Origin: Dehalococcoidia bacterium
Lineage (GTDB): Bacteria > Chloroflexota > Dehalococcoidia > UBA2979
Direction of reading: 5' to 3'
Assembly (NCBI GenBank): GCA_003599735.1
Contig: QZJI01000057.1
Coordinates: 1 to 63,672, forward strand
DNA: 63,672 nucleotides
The notes under the pieces were generated by a model that saw only the letters and a program-made list of their open reading frames with translations, ran no database searches and had not been told where the DNA came from. Each line of letters starts with the position of its first letter. Within the stretch, counting starts at the first letter, position 1. Below are positions 7,762-17,600 of the stretch, one piece after another. The position numbers were made by a program, and so were the translations under genes.

Positions 7762-9905
7762 CCACGCTGCCCGAGCTCCTCTCCGAGCACGGAGAGGCGA
7801 TCACGCGCGCGGTGCTGCGCGCGTACCCGCCCGTCTACACGGCGCGCAACCGCGACGGCTGGGGCTTCGACCTGTCGCGGCTCAAGCGCCGTCCGATGGG
7901 TGCGCAGGGCGACGCGATCCGCGCGACCGCCGTCTCGCTGCGTTCTCACCGCGGCACGAACGTGGTCGGGGAGATGGGCACCGGCAAGACGATGATCGCC
8001 GCTTCGGCGGCGTACATCGCGGGCTTCCGGCGCATCCTCGTCCTCTGTCCGCCGCACCTCACGCGGAAATGGAAGCGTGAGGTGGAGGAGACGGTGCCGC
8101 TGGCGGCAGCGGTGATCGTCAGCACGATCACGGATCTGAACCGGCTGCCGCGCGATACGCGGTGGCCGCTCTTCGTGATCCTGTCACGGGAGCGCGCGAA
8201 GCTCTCCTACCGCTGGACGCCCGCCGTGCGCCGGCGTCCGGACAACGCCGCCGGTCACGCCGTCTACGACGAGCGCGGCGAGCTGGTGCGGCGCAACTGC
8301 TGTCCCGGCTGCTGGCAGACGGTCGTCGATGACGAGGGCGTGCCGCTCGACCTCGACGAGCTGAGCCGGCGGCGACGTGTCTGTGATCGCTGCGGCTCGC
8401 CGCTCTGGCAGGCCGACCACACCGGTCCGGCGCGTGTGCCGCTCGCCGATTACATCAACCGGCGGATGCCGGGCGCGTTCGACCTCCTGGTCACCGACGA
8501 GAGTCACGAATACAAGGCCCGCGGCTCGGCGCAGGGGATCGCGGCGGCGACGCTGGCCGAAGCGTGCGTCCGCACGCTGACGCTCACCGGCACGCTGATG
8601 GGCGGCTACGCCTCGACGCTCTTCCACCTGCTGTGGCGGTTCAGCCCGGACGTTCGGGAGGAATTCGCCTACGGCGAGGAAGGCCGCTGGGTCAGCCGCT
8701 ACGGCATCGTCGAGCGGATCACCCGCCGCGGCGGCGACGACGACGTCATCGAAGACGGTCGTGCGAGCCGACGGCGCGGCTACCGCACGCGCACGGTGGA
8801 GAAGCCCGGCGTCTCACCCGCCGTGCTGTTCCACCTGATCGCGAACACCGTGTTCATCCGCCTCGCGGATGTCGCGACGGACCTCCCGCCGTATCGCGAG
8901 GAGGTCAGGTTGATCGGGATGGCCCGCGGCGACGGCGACGAGCCGTCGCAGGCGGGGGCATACCGGCGGCTCTCGGAAGACCTGCACGCGGCGCTGCTCG
9001 CCGCGCTGGCGGCCGGTTCCCGTCGGCTGCTCGGCGCGTACTTGCAGGCACTGCTGGCCTATCCCGACGCATGCACGCACGGCGAAACCGTCGTGGACCG
9101 CTCGAGCGGAGCGGTGATCGGCTCCGCACCCGCGCTGCCGGACGACCGGCTGTATCCGAAGGAGCAGGCGCTCGTGGAGCTCGCCGTCGAGGAGCGACGG
9201 CAGGGACGGCGCGTCCTGGTCTACATCACGCACACGGAGACGCGCGACCTCACGCCCCGGCTCGAGCGCGTGCTCACCGAGGCGGGGTTGCGCGTCGCGG
9301 TGCTGAAGGCGAACACCGTCGATCCCGACCGACGCGAGGAGTGGGTGACGAAGCGCGTCCGCGCAGGCGTCGACGTGCTGCTCGTCCATCCCCGACTGGT
9401 GCAGACCGGCCTCGACCTGATCGACTTCCCGACGATCGTCTGGCACGAGGTCGAATACTCGGTCTACACGATGCGACAGGCGAGCCGGCGTTCGTGGCGC
9501 ATCGGCCAGAAGCGTCCGGTGCGCGTGGTCTACTTCGCATATCGCGCCACGCTGCAAGCACAGGCGCTGTCACTCGTGGCGCGCAAGCTCCAGGCATCGC
9601 TGCTCGTCGAAGGCGAGATTGGTGATGCCGGCCTCGCGGCTTACGGCGCCGACGCGGACGACCTCACGCTGGAACTCGCCCGGTCGCTTGCGGACGGCGG
9701 CGACGTCAACGAGGAGTCGCTCGAAGCGCTCTTCGCACAGGCCCGGCTTGCCGCAGATGGCGCGCAGGAGGCCCTCGACGCTCGAGATTTCGCACTCGAA
9801 GCAACACCGACTGCGACCAGCGCGGCTATCCGCGCCGACGAGGAGCGCGTGCTTGTCCTCGCCGGCGTCGTCGACGATGACGGCACACAGATGCGCCTGC
9901 TCTGA
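7758..9905 (+). CDS. SNF2/DEAD-family helicase with inserted zinc ribbon
   Basis: Walker A GEMGTGKT, DExH LLVTDESHEY and SNF2 motif VI QASRRSWRIGQKRPV. A CPGC..CDRC insertion is present. Start overlaps the MTase stop. Confidence 0.85.
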   Translation: MTTLPELLSEHGEAITRAVLRAYPPVYTARNRDGWGFDLSRLKRRPMGAQGDAIRATAVSLRSHRGTNVVGEMGTGKTMIAASAAYIAGFRRILVLCPPHLTRKWKREVEETVPLAAAVIVSTITDLNRLPRDTRWPLFVILSRERAKLSYRWTPAVRRRPDNAAGHAVYDERGELVRRNCCPGCWQTVVDDEGVPLDLDELSRRRRVCDRCGSPLWQADHTGPARVPLADYINRRMPGAFDLLVTDESHEYKARGSAQGIAAATLAEACVRTLTLTGTLMGGYASTLFHLLWRFSPDVREEFAYGEEGRWVSRYGIVERITRRGGDDDVIEDGRASRRRGYRTRTVEKPGVSPAVLFHLIANTVFIRLADVATDLPPYREEVRLIGMARGDGDEPSQAGAYRRLSEDLHAALLAALAAGSRRLLGAYLQALLAYPDACTHGETVVDRSSGAVIGSAPALPDDRLYPKEQALVELAVEERRQGRRVLVYITHTETRDLTPRLERVLTEAGLRVAVLKANTVDPDRREEWVTKRVRAGVDVLLVHPRLVQTGLDLIDFPTIVWHEVEYSVYTMRQASRRSWRIGQKRPVRVVYFAYRATLQAQALSLVARKLQASLLVEGEIGDAGLAAYGADADDLTLELARSLADGGDVNEESLEALFAQARLAADGAQEALDARDFALEATPTATSAAIRADEERVLVLAGVVDDDGTQMRLL

Positions 9906-9992
9906 GCGCAGCACACGCGGGGCCGGGCGGCTCAAACAAATGGCCGTCCGGCATCCCGCGATCTCAAAGGACAACGAAATCAGGAGAATCAC

Positions 9993-11960
9993 ATGACTAC
10001 CACGACTGAACCGATCGCCGCGAGCGGCATCGAAGTCTGGATCCCACTGAACAAGCTAAAGAAGTCACCGAGCAACGCCCGCCATACGCCGCACGGCGAG
10101 GCGGCGATCGAGGCGCTGGCCGCGAGCATCCACGCGAAGGGGATGCTCCAGAACCTCATCGTGCAGCCGGAATGCGATCGGGCCGGGAAGGAGACCGGCG
10201 CCTACTTCGTGACCGCAGGTGAAGGCCGACGGCTCGCCCAGTTGCTGCGCGCGAAGCGCCGCCAGATCCCGAAGACCGAGCCGATTCGCTGCATTGTCGA
10301 CACGACGAACGATCCGCTGGAGGTGAGCCTCGACGAGAACGTCACGCGCACGGAGATGCACCCGGCCGATCAGTTCGAGGCGTTCCGGCGGTTGAGCGAG
10401 GAGCGCGGTTGGGGCGCCGAGGAGATCGCCTCCCGGTTCGGTGTCACGCCGAACACCGTGCGACAGCGGATGCGCCTCGCAGCGGTCAGTCCGCGATTGA
10501 TGCAGCTCTACCGGGAAGAAGAGCTGACACTCGACCAGTTGATGGCGTTCGCCATCGGCGATGACCACGCGCGGCAGGAACAGATCTACGACAGCCTCGG
10601 GTGGAACGACGAACCGCGGACGATCCGCTACCGGATGATGGAGACGCACGTCCCGCCTCGCGATCCGCGCGCGATCTTCGTCGGAATGGCCGCATACACC
10701 GAGGCGGGTGGCACGGTCGTCCGCGACCTCTTCACGGAGGAGGACGGCGGCTACTTCGAGGATGCGACACTGCTAGATCGCCTCGCCCTGGAGAAGCTCA
10801 ACAGCGTCGTCGCGGAGTTGCGGGGCGAGGGTTGGAAGTGGGCGGAAGTCTCGCTCGAATTCCCGTACGACCACGGTCTCCGGCGCGTGTACCCGCAGGC
10901 GGTGAAGCTTCCCGCGCTAACCCAGAAGCGCCTCGACGGATTCCGAGCCGAGTACGCCCGGCTCGTCGAGGAGTACGAGGGTGACGACGAGATGCCGGAC
11001 GAGATGGTCGGCCGCCTCGAAGAGCTAGAGGCCGAGATCGAGCGGCTGTCCGAGAGCGAACGCGTGTATCTCGCGGGCACGATGGCTGGAGCGGGGGTGT
11101 TCGTGTCACTCGGTCGGGACGGTGCCCCGCGCATCGAGCGCGGGTTCGTACGGCGTGAGGACGAACCGGTCTCGCAAGGCGAGACGTCCTTCGACGCGAA
11201 GATCGAGGACGATGGCGCCGAGGGGGAACGGGCGTCCGCCGACGTCGAACTCGACCGCGACGAAGGGGGCAGCGGGAAGCCGCTGTCGGATGCGCTCGTC
11301 CGCGATCTGACGGCGCACCGGACACTCGGGCTGCGCCTCGCCCTCAGCGAGCGCCCGGAGGTCGCATTGATTGCAGTGACCCACGCACTGGCTGCGCAAG
11401 GGTTCTTCCACTACTACGACGAGGTGACCTGCCTGGAGATACGCTCCAGCAGTTCCTCGCTGGGCGCCTATGCCGGCGGAATCAATGACACGGCGGCTGC
11501 GCAGGCGTTCGTCGAGCGACACGAGGCGTGGGCGAGCCAATTGCCGTCCGAGGAGGCTCAGCTGTGGGACTTCATCTCGGCGCTCGACATCGACCGTCGC
11601 ATGGGGCTGCTCGCACACTGCGCAGCGCTCACAGTATTCGCCGTTCAGCAGCGCTGGGACACGAAGCGGCGAGCGGTCGGAACCGCGAACCGCTTAGCGG
11701 AGGCCCTGGGGCTCGACATGGCCGCGCACTGGGCGCCCACGGTCACGGCTTACCTCGGCCGCGTAACGAAGGCGCAGATCGCGGATGCCGTGCGTGAGGG
11801 CGTCTCTGAGCAGGACGCGGAAGGTATCTCCAGTAAGAAGAAGCAACTGATGGCGGAGGCCGCCGAGCAACTGCTAGCCAACACCGGCTGGCTGCCCTCC
11901 CCGCTCCGCACGCCGAAGGTCAGCAACGCGGACACGGCGTCTCATCCCGACGCCGCTTGA
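9993..11960 (+). CDS. Large ParB-like (ParB/Srx N-terminal domain) protein
   Basis: KKSPSNARHTPH and the GEGRRLA ParB box, with an HTH-like IASRFGVTPNTVRQRMRLA. RBS AGGAG. 655 aa, as in plasmid/ICE ParB-like nucleases. Confidence 0.8.
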   Translation: MTTTTEPIAASGIEVWIPLNKLKKSPSNARHTPHGEAAIEALAASIHAKGMLQNLIVQPECDRAGKETGAYFVTAGEGRRLAQLLRAKRRQIPKTEPIRCIVDTTNDPLEVSLDENVTRTEMHPADQFEAFRRLSEERGWGAEEIASRFGVTPNTVRQRMRLAAVSPRLMQLYREEELTLDQLMAFAIGDDHARQEQIYDSLGWNDEPRTIRYRMMETHVPPRDPRAIFVGMAAYTEAGGTVVRDLFTEEDGGYFEDATLLDRLALEKLNSVVAELRGEGWKWAEVSLEFPYDHGLRRVYPQAVKLPALTQKRLDGFRAEYARLVEEYEGDDEMPDEMVGRLEELEAEIERLSESERVYLAGTMAGAGVFVSLGRDGAPRIERGFVRREDEPVSQGETSFDAKIEDDGAEGERASADVELDRDEGGSGKPLSDALVRDLTAHRTLGLRLALSERPEVALIAVTHALAAQGFFHYYDEVTCLEIRSSSSSLGAYAGGINDTAAAQAFVERHEAWASQLPSEEAQLWDFISALDIDRRMGLLAHCAALTVFAVQQRWDTKRRAVGTANRLAEALGLDMAAHWAPTVTAYLGRVTKAQIADAVREGVSEQDAEGISSKKKQLMAEAAEQLLANTGWLPSPLRTPKVSNADTASHPDAA

Positions 11961-12254
11961 TGACCACGGGAGGCCGGAAGCCGCTGGTCGGCCTCCGGCC
12001 TCTGTGGGCCGCGCGGTACCTCCCTCTCGACACGTCATCGGTGCGCGCGCTGCAGTAGACCGCTGCGTCCTCAACTGCCGCGAGCTGTGCCCCTCCCCCG
12101 TCGAACCGAACGTCCGTGCGGATGCCTGGGGCTCCGGTCGTGGGAGGGCGTCCCGATATCAACAGGCGATATTTCGGCGCTGTGCGCGCCTGCCGCCTCG
12201 TGAACTCCTGAATAGACGCAATCACCAATAGAATCGGCTGGTAATGGGGACAAC

Positions 12255-13361
12255 ATGGATAAGGCACTCAGGCGCCGCCTCGTTCGATCTCTGAACGCTG
12301 CCCGCGGCGATCATTCGTCGAAGGACTCGATCCGACTGGCCCACGGGCCGCAACGACGTCAGCGCCAATTGGCAGAGCGCAATTGGCTTGATGCTCATCG
12401 GGCCAAAGTCCTGCCCGGCTTCGCGGAGGCATGCGAGGTCGATCCGGCCACGATGAAACCCGTCTTAGTTCCGGTCACAGCCGGGACACCGGACGCAGAC
12501 CTGTTCCGCGCCGCGACGCTGCTGTGGTCGGTACCCGTTTCTCGAGGGTACGGCCGACGAATGCGCTATCTGGTCCGCGATGATGCCAACGGCAAGATCA
12601 TTGGACTGTTTGCACTTGGCGATCCTGTCTTCAATCTCCGAGGCCGGGACGAGTGGATCGGCTGGGATGTGGCGGCGCGCCGCGAACGAATCTCTAGCGT
12701 GATGGATCTGTACATCTGTGGGGCGGTTCCGCCATACAACACGCTCCTGGGCAGCAAGCTAGTCGCGTCCCTGGCGACCTCGCAAGAAGTGGTCGACCGA
12801 TTCCGCGAGCGCTACGCGGGCCGTCGGGGGATCATCTCGGGGATCGTCAAACCGGCAGAATTGCTCGTGATCACGACGACCTCCGCGCTCGGCAAGTCGT
12901 CGCTCTACAACCGACTGAAGCTTCCGACCGATCCAGTCACTGAGTTCCACGAGATCGGATACACGCAGGGCTGGGGACATTTTTCCGTCGGCGATCGCCT
13001 CTTCATGGAGCTCCGCGATCATCTGTTGTCGGAAGATCATCGATATGCCAACGGACATCAATTCGGGACGGGGCCGAACTGGCGTCTGCGAACGATCCGA
13101 GCGGCGATGAAGTCGCTCGGCGTCAACGACGCCTTCCTGAATCACGGGATTCAGCGACAGATCTTCGCGACCGAGCTGTCCGATACGTCGCGCAAACAGC
13201 TGCGCGAAGGGATCAAACGCCGGAGAGTTCGGAGACCCTCCGCGGACGAGATTGCCGAGGCCGGCCTCGCCCGCTGGGTGCGGCCGCGGTACGCCCGTCT
13301 CGGCATACCTGCGTGGTCGCGGGCGGATCTCGAACGGTTGTTGGACGGTGACGCGGACTAG
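12255..13361 (+). CDS. DUF4338-like protein (DruA-like)
   Basis: Blocks RGYGRRMRYLVRD..NGKIIGLFALGDPVFNLRGRDEWIGW, YICGAVPPYNTLLGSKLVA, TTTSALGKSSLYNRL and GYTQGWGHFS match my recollection of Pfam DUF4338. Not verifiable without an HMM search. Confidence 0.55.
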   Translation: MDKALRRRLVRSLNAARGDHSSKDSIRLAHGPQRRQRQLAERNWLDAHRAKVLPGFAEACEVDPATMKPVLVPVTAGTPDADLFRAATLLWSVPVSRGYGRRMRYLVRDDANGKIIGLFALGDPVFNLRGRDEWIGWDVAARRERISSVMDLYICGAVPPYNTLLGSKLVASLATSQEVVDRFRERYAGRRGIISGIVKPAELLVITTTSALGKSSLYNRLKLPTDPVTEFHEIGYTQGWGHFSVGDRLFMELRDHLLSEDHRYANGHQFGTGPNWRLRTIRAAMKSLGVNDAFLNHGIQRQIFATELSDTSRKQLREGIKRRRVRRPSADEIAEAGLARWVRPRYARLGIPAWSRADLERLLDGDAD

Positions 13362-13418
13362 CGCTTGCTCGCCGCCGGCTATGTCGCAAGTCGGTGTGCG
13401 GCCGGCGCGCCGTTCAGT

Positions 13419-14672
13419 TTATTGTCGCGCCCCTCCGGAGGGGGCGCGGTTTGTGAGGGGAAACACCTCGGAGTAGTCGGATGTCGCGAGGAATATGAGA
13501 TCGTGTTCCTCGTCGCGCTCAATGCGGACGTTTAGCACTCGCATGAGCTCACCTACGCCGTAGGCCGCGGTTTCTTCGTGCGATCGGATGACCACAGAAC
13601 GTTGTTGCTCTATTCCGAAACCGCGCTGAACGGTTGCTAGCCAGGTACGCGGTCCATTTCGGGCGTCCACCAGCAGTTCCACGTCTATCGCTCGATCAGC
13701 CGAGGCAACCGACCCCGACGCAACTGAGTCCGCCAAATGGTCCCAGTAAGGATTGCAAAGCTGACGCACTTGGCAGTGGCTACAGAACGTGGCCTCCGGT
13801 CGTGCAGTCGGTGGGCGTTCGATCATTGAGCCCAGCGCAGCGGCGCTTCGTGTGCGGAGGTCGTCTTCCAGGCGGTCAAGCTCGTCGCGATCCGGAGCGG
13901 GGAAGACTTCTTCTCGAGTCGGATACGCGACGACGAGCTCCGTTGCGATTCGTCCGGATGGATTGACAGCGGCATCTCGCGCCCAAAGCAGCGCATAGAT
14001 CCGCAGTTGGGCCTCGTGGTCCTCCTGCGGGACACCGGTCTTGTAGTCAGTAATCCGGCAGTTGTCTGCGTCCAGCGATATCAAGTCAGCCTTGCCGATC
14101 CACCCCATCGACGGGACACGCAGTTCGACTTCCGCGTGGGATCCGATCCCTATGGCACGAGTCCTTTCCTCGCTAGAGCGCGGTGTCGCCCCCGACGTTC
14201 CGGCGACGACATCGCTGCGCGCGATCGTCGTTTGAACCCCTCGACGCAGTTCGGGCATCTCGAGTGTGAGCGCGCGGCGGATCGCGTCCATGCGGCGCGC
14301 AACGCGCGGATTTGTGTGGAGCGAGGACAGTACCGCTTCCGAAACAGATCGCAGGACTACCGAGTACCCGCCGAGATCCTTGAGGACAATGACGCGGCAT
14401 GGGCCATCGTGTCCGTCGCAGTGGTGAGTGGCCATCGCGCGGACAATGACTTCAAGCGCTCCATGCAACACCTCGCCCTTGAGGGTCGCGAGGAAGGGAT
14501 TATCTGGGTAGCCTCTTCGGCTCCAGATATCCGGGAAGGTCGCATGTCGAAGCATCCATCGTCGTGGACAATGCTCTACTTCCGCGAGAGTCGAATAGCT
14601 GAGTGCATTTGGCGGGGACGGCCAAGTACCGTTGCTTCGCTCTACGTCGGTCAGGAAGGCGTCGTTCGCCAT
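13419..14672 (-). CDS. Cas4/RecB-like PD-(D/E)xK nuclease with a Cys cluster
   Basis: GKADLISLD..ITDYKTG..QLRIYALL (D / D-Y-K / QxxxY motifs), plus N-terminal CPRRW and C-terminal CSHCQVRQLC (a four-Cys arrangement as in Cas4/AddB). ATG lies 1 nt after the helicase stop. Confidence 0.75.
   Translation of the reverse strand: MANDAFLTDVERSNGTWPSPPNALSYSTLAEVEHCPRRWMLRHATFPDIWSRRGYPDNPFLATLKGEVLHGALEVIVRAMATHHCDGHDGPCRVIVLKDLGGYSVVLRSVSEAVLSSLHTNPRVARRMDAIRRALTLEMPELRRGVQTTIARSDVVAGTSGATPRSSEERTRAIGIGSHAEVELRVPSMGWIGKADLISLDADNCRITDYKTGVPQEDHEAQLRIYALLWARDAAVNPSGRIATELVVAYPTREEVFPAPDRDELDRLEDDLRTRSAAALGSMIERPPTARPEATFCSHCQVRQLCNPYWDHLADSVASGSVASADRAIDVELLVDARNGPRTWLATVQRGFGIEQQRSVVIRSHEETAAYGVGELMRVLNVRIERDEEHDLIFLATSDYSEVFPLTNRAPSGGARQ
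13426..13448. terminator. GC-rich hairpin between convergent genes
   Basis: CGCGCCCCTCC GG AGGGGGCGCG (one bulge), followed by GTTTGTG on the + strand. Overlaps the last codons of the minus-strand nuclease gene. Confidence 0.4.
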
Positions 14673-14673
14673 C

Positions 14674-17600
14674 TCAACTAACGCTTCGCACGACGAAGCG
14701 ACTGGCCTCCGGAAGGTTCCGCTCGATGATCAGTTGGTCAACCAAGACGACAGCGACGGAATCTCCGAATTCCATCGCTTCGACCAAAGCCGGGTCGATA
14801 GGCGTCCCGGGTGTCAGCGGTCCGTGCAATGCGATGATGAAACTGCCGATTGACGAAGTCGCGAGAATCGGAGCAATGAAGGATCCGATCCCAGGAATAT
14901 CTAAAGCCGCGTCACGCTCAAATCGCACACCGTGGTCTTCCTGCCGAACCAGATCAGTGAATAGACGGTCAGCGGCCGCTTCCGCCCGACCGGAATCGAT
15001 CTGCGGCGCCTCGTCGAACAGAACGTAGCGCAGCAGGGTCGAGCCGAGGTGGCGGTCCAGCAAGTCATGCTCGAAGCGGTTCCTGAAGCTCCTCAAACAT
15101 CGATAGCAGGACCGGTCGCAGTTCGAGGGGCAGGTTTCCAACAGTTTCAGCGCTTGCTCGAAGAGCCCTCGACCTAGGTCGCGCGCGCGCCGAGTAAACC
15201 CGGCGCCGCCTGAGAGCGTGTCATACAGGTATATCTCCGCTTCGAGTCCCTCGTGACCAAGCTGAGTCAAGGCCGGCCTGTACTCAGCTTGGAGTTCGCC
15301 GGGCTCGATCTCCAGCATGGTGGTCGCCGCGATGGTCAGCGCCTCGGAGACCGTACGGAGGGAAACATCCGTGGCGAGATATCCGGGACGGAGCGTGAGG
15401 GGCTGCTCGACCTGGATCGAGACGAGTAGGACATCCGAAATGAAGTCCGTTCCGAGAACCAGGCCCTGGGTACTCGCCCCTCCGGGGCATTCTGGCTCAC
15501 GCATATCCGGATATGGCTTCGCGTGCGGAGCCGACGTCCGGCCCGTTGGGATCGCAGTTGGCTCGATGAGCCCGCAGCGGGTGCAGTAGCTGTAGCCGTC
15601 TTGCCTCGGACCAGTGTTGGTCACCAGGAGGTCGGTTCTTACGTAGTGCTCCCTGAGCCTCGCGGTAAGCGGTGACCAACTGGAGTCCTCAGAGGGCTCC
15701 CCTGCGATCAGTTTCGCTCGCGTCGCGTAGCTGCGAGCCGGCGAGTCGTCCGGTGACGTTCCCTCGTCGACGTTGACCGGATGTGCGAATCCGGGCGGCC
15801 TCATCCAGTTGCGAGCCGGGCCGAACGTACCTGCGTTGCCGCACGCCGGGCAAACGCGGACCTCGCCGCGCTCAGCGGTGCTGTACGGTTCGGTCCGCGC
15901 GAAGTGACATATGGAACATTCGAAATACAGGCGACGGTCGTGCCACTCGTCGTAGAGCTCGGATCGCATTGGCGAGTAAAGAGCTCCAGCTGTCCACAAC
16001 TTGCCGTCGACCCAAACTTCCTTACCGGGGGCATATTGGGTTAAGGCGACGGGCAAGCCCTGACTCGGCGAGTATTGAAATACCGGCCGGAAGCGCGTCG
16101 ATTCGTTGCGGTTGAAGACATAGAAGCTGACGACATCCGTCGGGAACGCGTATCGCGGTAGTACGCCCCGATACAGCAAGCGATCAAGCAGGTTGCGGGC
16201 AGCACGACTCGCGTCGGTCTTCTCCTCGCCCGGCTCCGACTGCACCTCCACACTCTCGGCGTCGTCATCCGCGGCGTTCCCGGTGGCTCCATCCGAAGTA
16301 TCGGCGTCGCCGCTATCCCGCGACGCGTCCCCGACGTCAATCGCCTTGTCGATCGCAGCGAGCGTCGCATCGACGATCCCAGCCAACAGCCCGCTCCGAT
16401 CGGTCCCCGCTAACTCGTGTGGCAGCCAATCGTCCGCTTCCGCGGCGAGCATCGATTGATTGGTTCGAAGCCAATCCTCGAAGTCGCGACGGTTGAGTGC
16501 GGATGTGTCACCACGGAAGTCAGGGACTGTGCCCAGCACTTCAAACAACTGGCGCTGGTCCTCGGGGGGGATCTCTGGCAGCCGCTCGTAGTGGTAGCGC
16601 TGGAGGAGGAAGGCCGTCAGGTGACGTCGAGCGATCTCAGGATTGTCGAGCGTGAGGAGTGGATCACTGACCGGCCCCCGCACCATCATCTCCGGCTCAC
16701 TGAAGTAATGCTCGTCGTGGCTGTCTGCACTGCCAAAGGCGATGACCGTGGCCACCGCATTTCCACGCCGGCCAGCGCGCCCTGCACGTTGCTGATAGTT
16801 GGAACGGGCAGGAGGCATGTTTCGCAACGCCACTCCCGACAAGACACCGATATCGATCCCGACCTCCATAGTGGTTGTCGAGGACAACACGTCGATCGCT
16901 GTTCGAGACTGGCCCGGGATTGTTGGACCGAGGTCGACATCCTGGAACAGCAGCTCGTGCTCTTCAGACTTCGAGAAGACTTCGTCAGCCTGGGCAGTGT
17001 TCAGTTGCGCCGTGTGCTCCGCCGCGATGATTGCCATCGGTGATTCGGGAGGCTCGCGGAGAGCGCGAACCGAACTGCCCCGGTAGTATGCCTTTCGGGC
17101 CGCGAAGACCGGATCAGAGTCCGGATCGACAATTTTGACCCGGTCGCGCGCGCAGTTAATGCACCGCTGCACGCCAGGAAATGGCCTCTGAGTTGTACGG
17201 CACGTTTGGCAGTATGCCCATTCACCATCTGTCTCCAGGGTGACGTGTCTGGCGCGCATCCGATACTTCCCACCCGCAACGCCCTCGCAAAATATCTCGA
17301 GTAGGACGGGGAGCCACCCTCGCTCAAATTCGCGCCGCGAGGCAGGTGTTGGCAGCCACCGTCTGATGGCTTCGAACTTACCGGTATGCGAGCGGACTCC
17401 ATCCTTCGCTTGCCACCATCCATCCGGCATGTCTGCGAACCAGATGCCCGGGACGGTCCATTGATTCAACCAAGCGCGCACGAGTGCGAGTTTCTCAGCG
17501 TCGTCTGACGCCACTCCTCCGATTGTCGGAACGCGCTCTAGTACCTGCTTGCGGAGCCCTTCCCGCTCGGCAAGTGAGGCGAGAGCGAGCGATTGAAGGC

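Noticed and set aside
11969-11996. Hairpin GGAGGCCG...CGGCCTCC after the ParB-like gene as an intrinsic terminator
   Set aside because: It has a 12-nt loop and no T-run. It is possibly functional in a high-GC host but not supportable from sequence alone.
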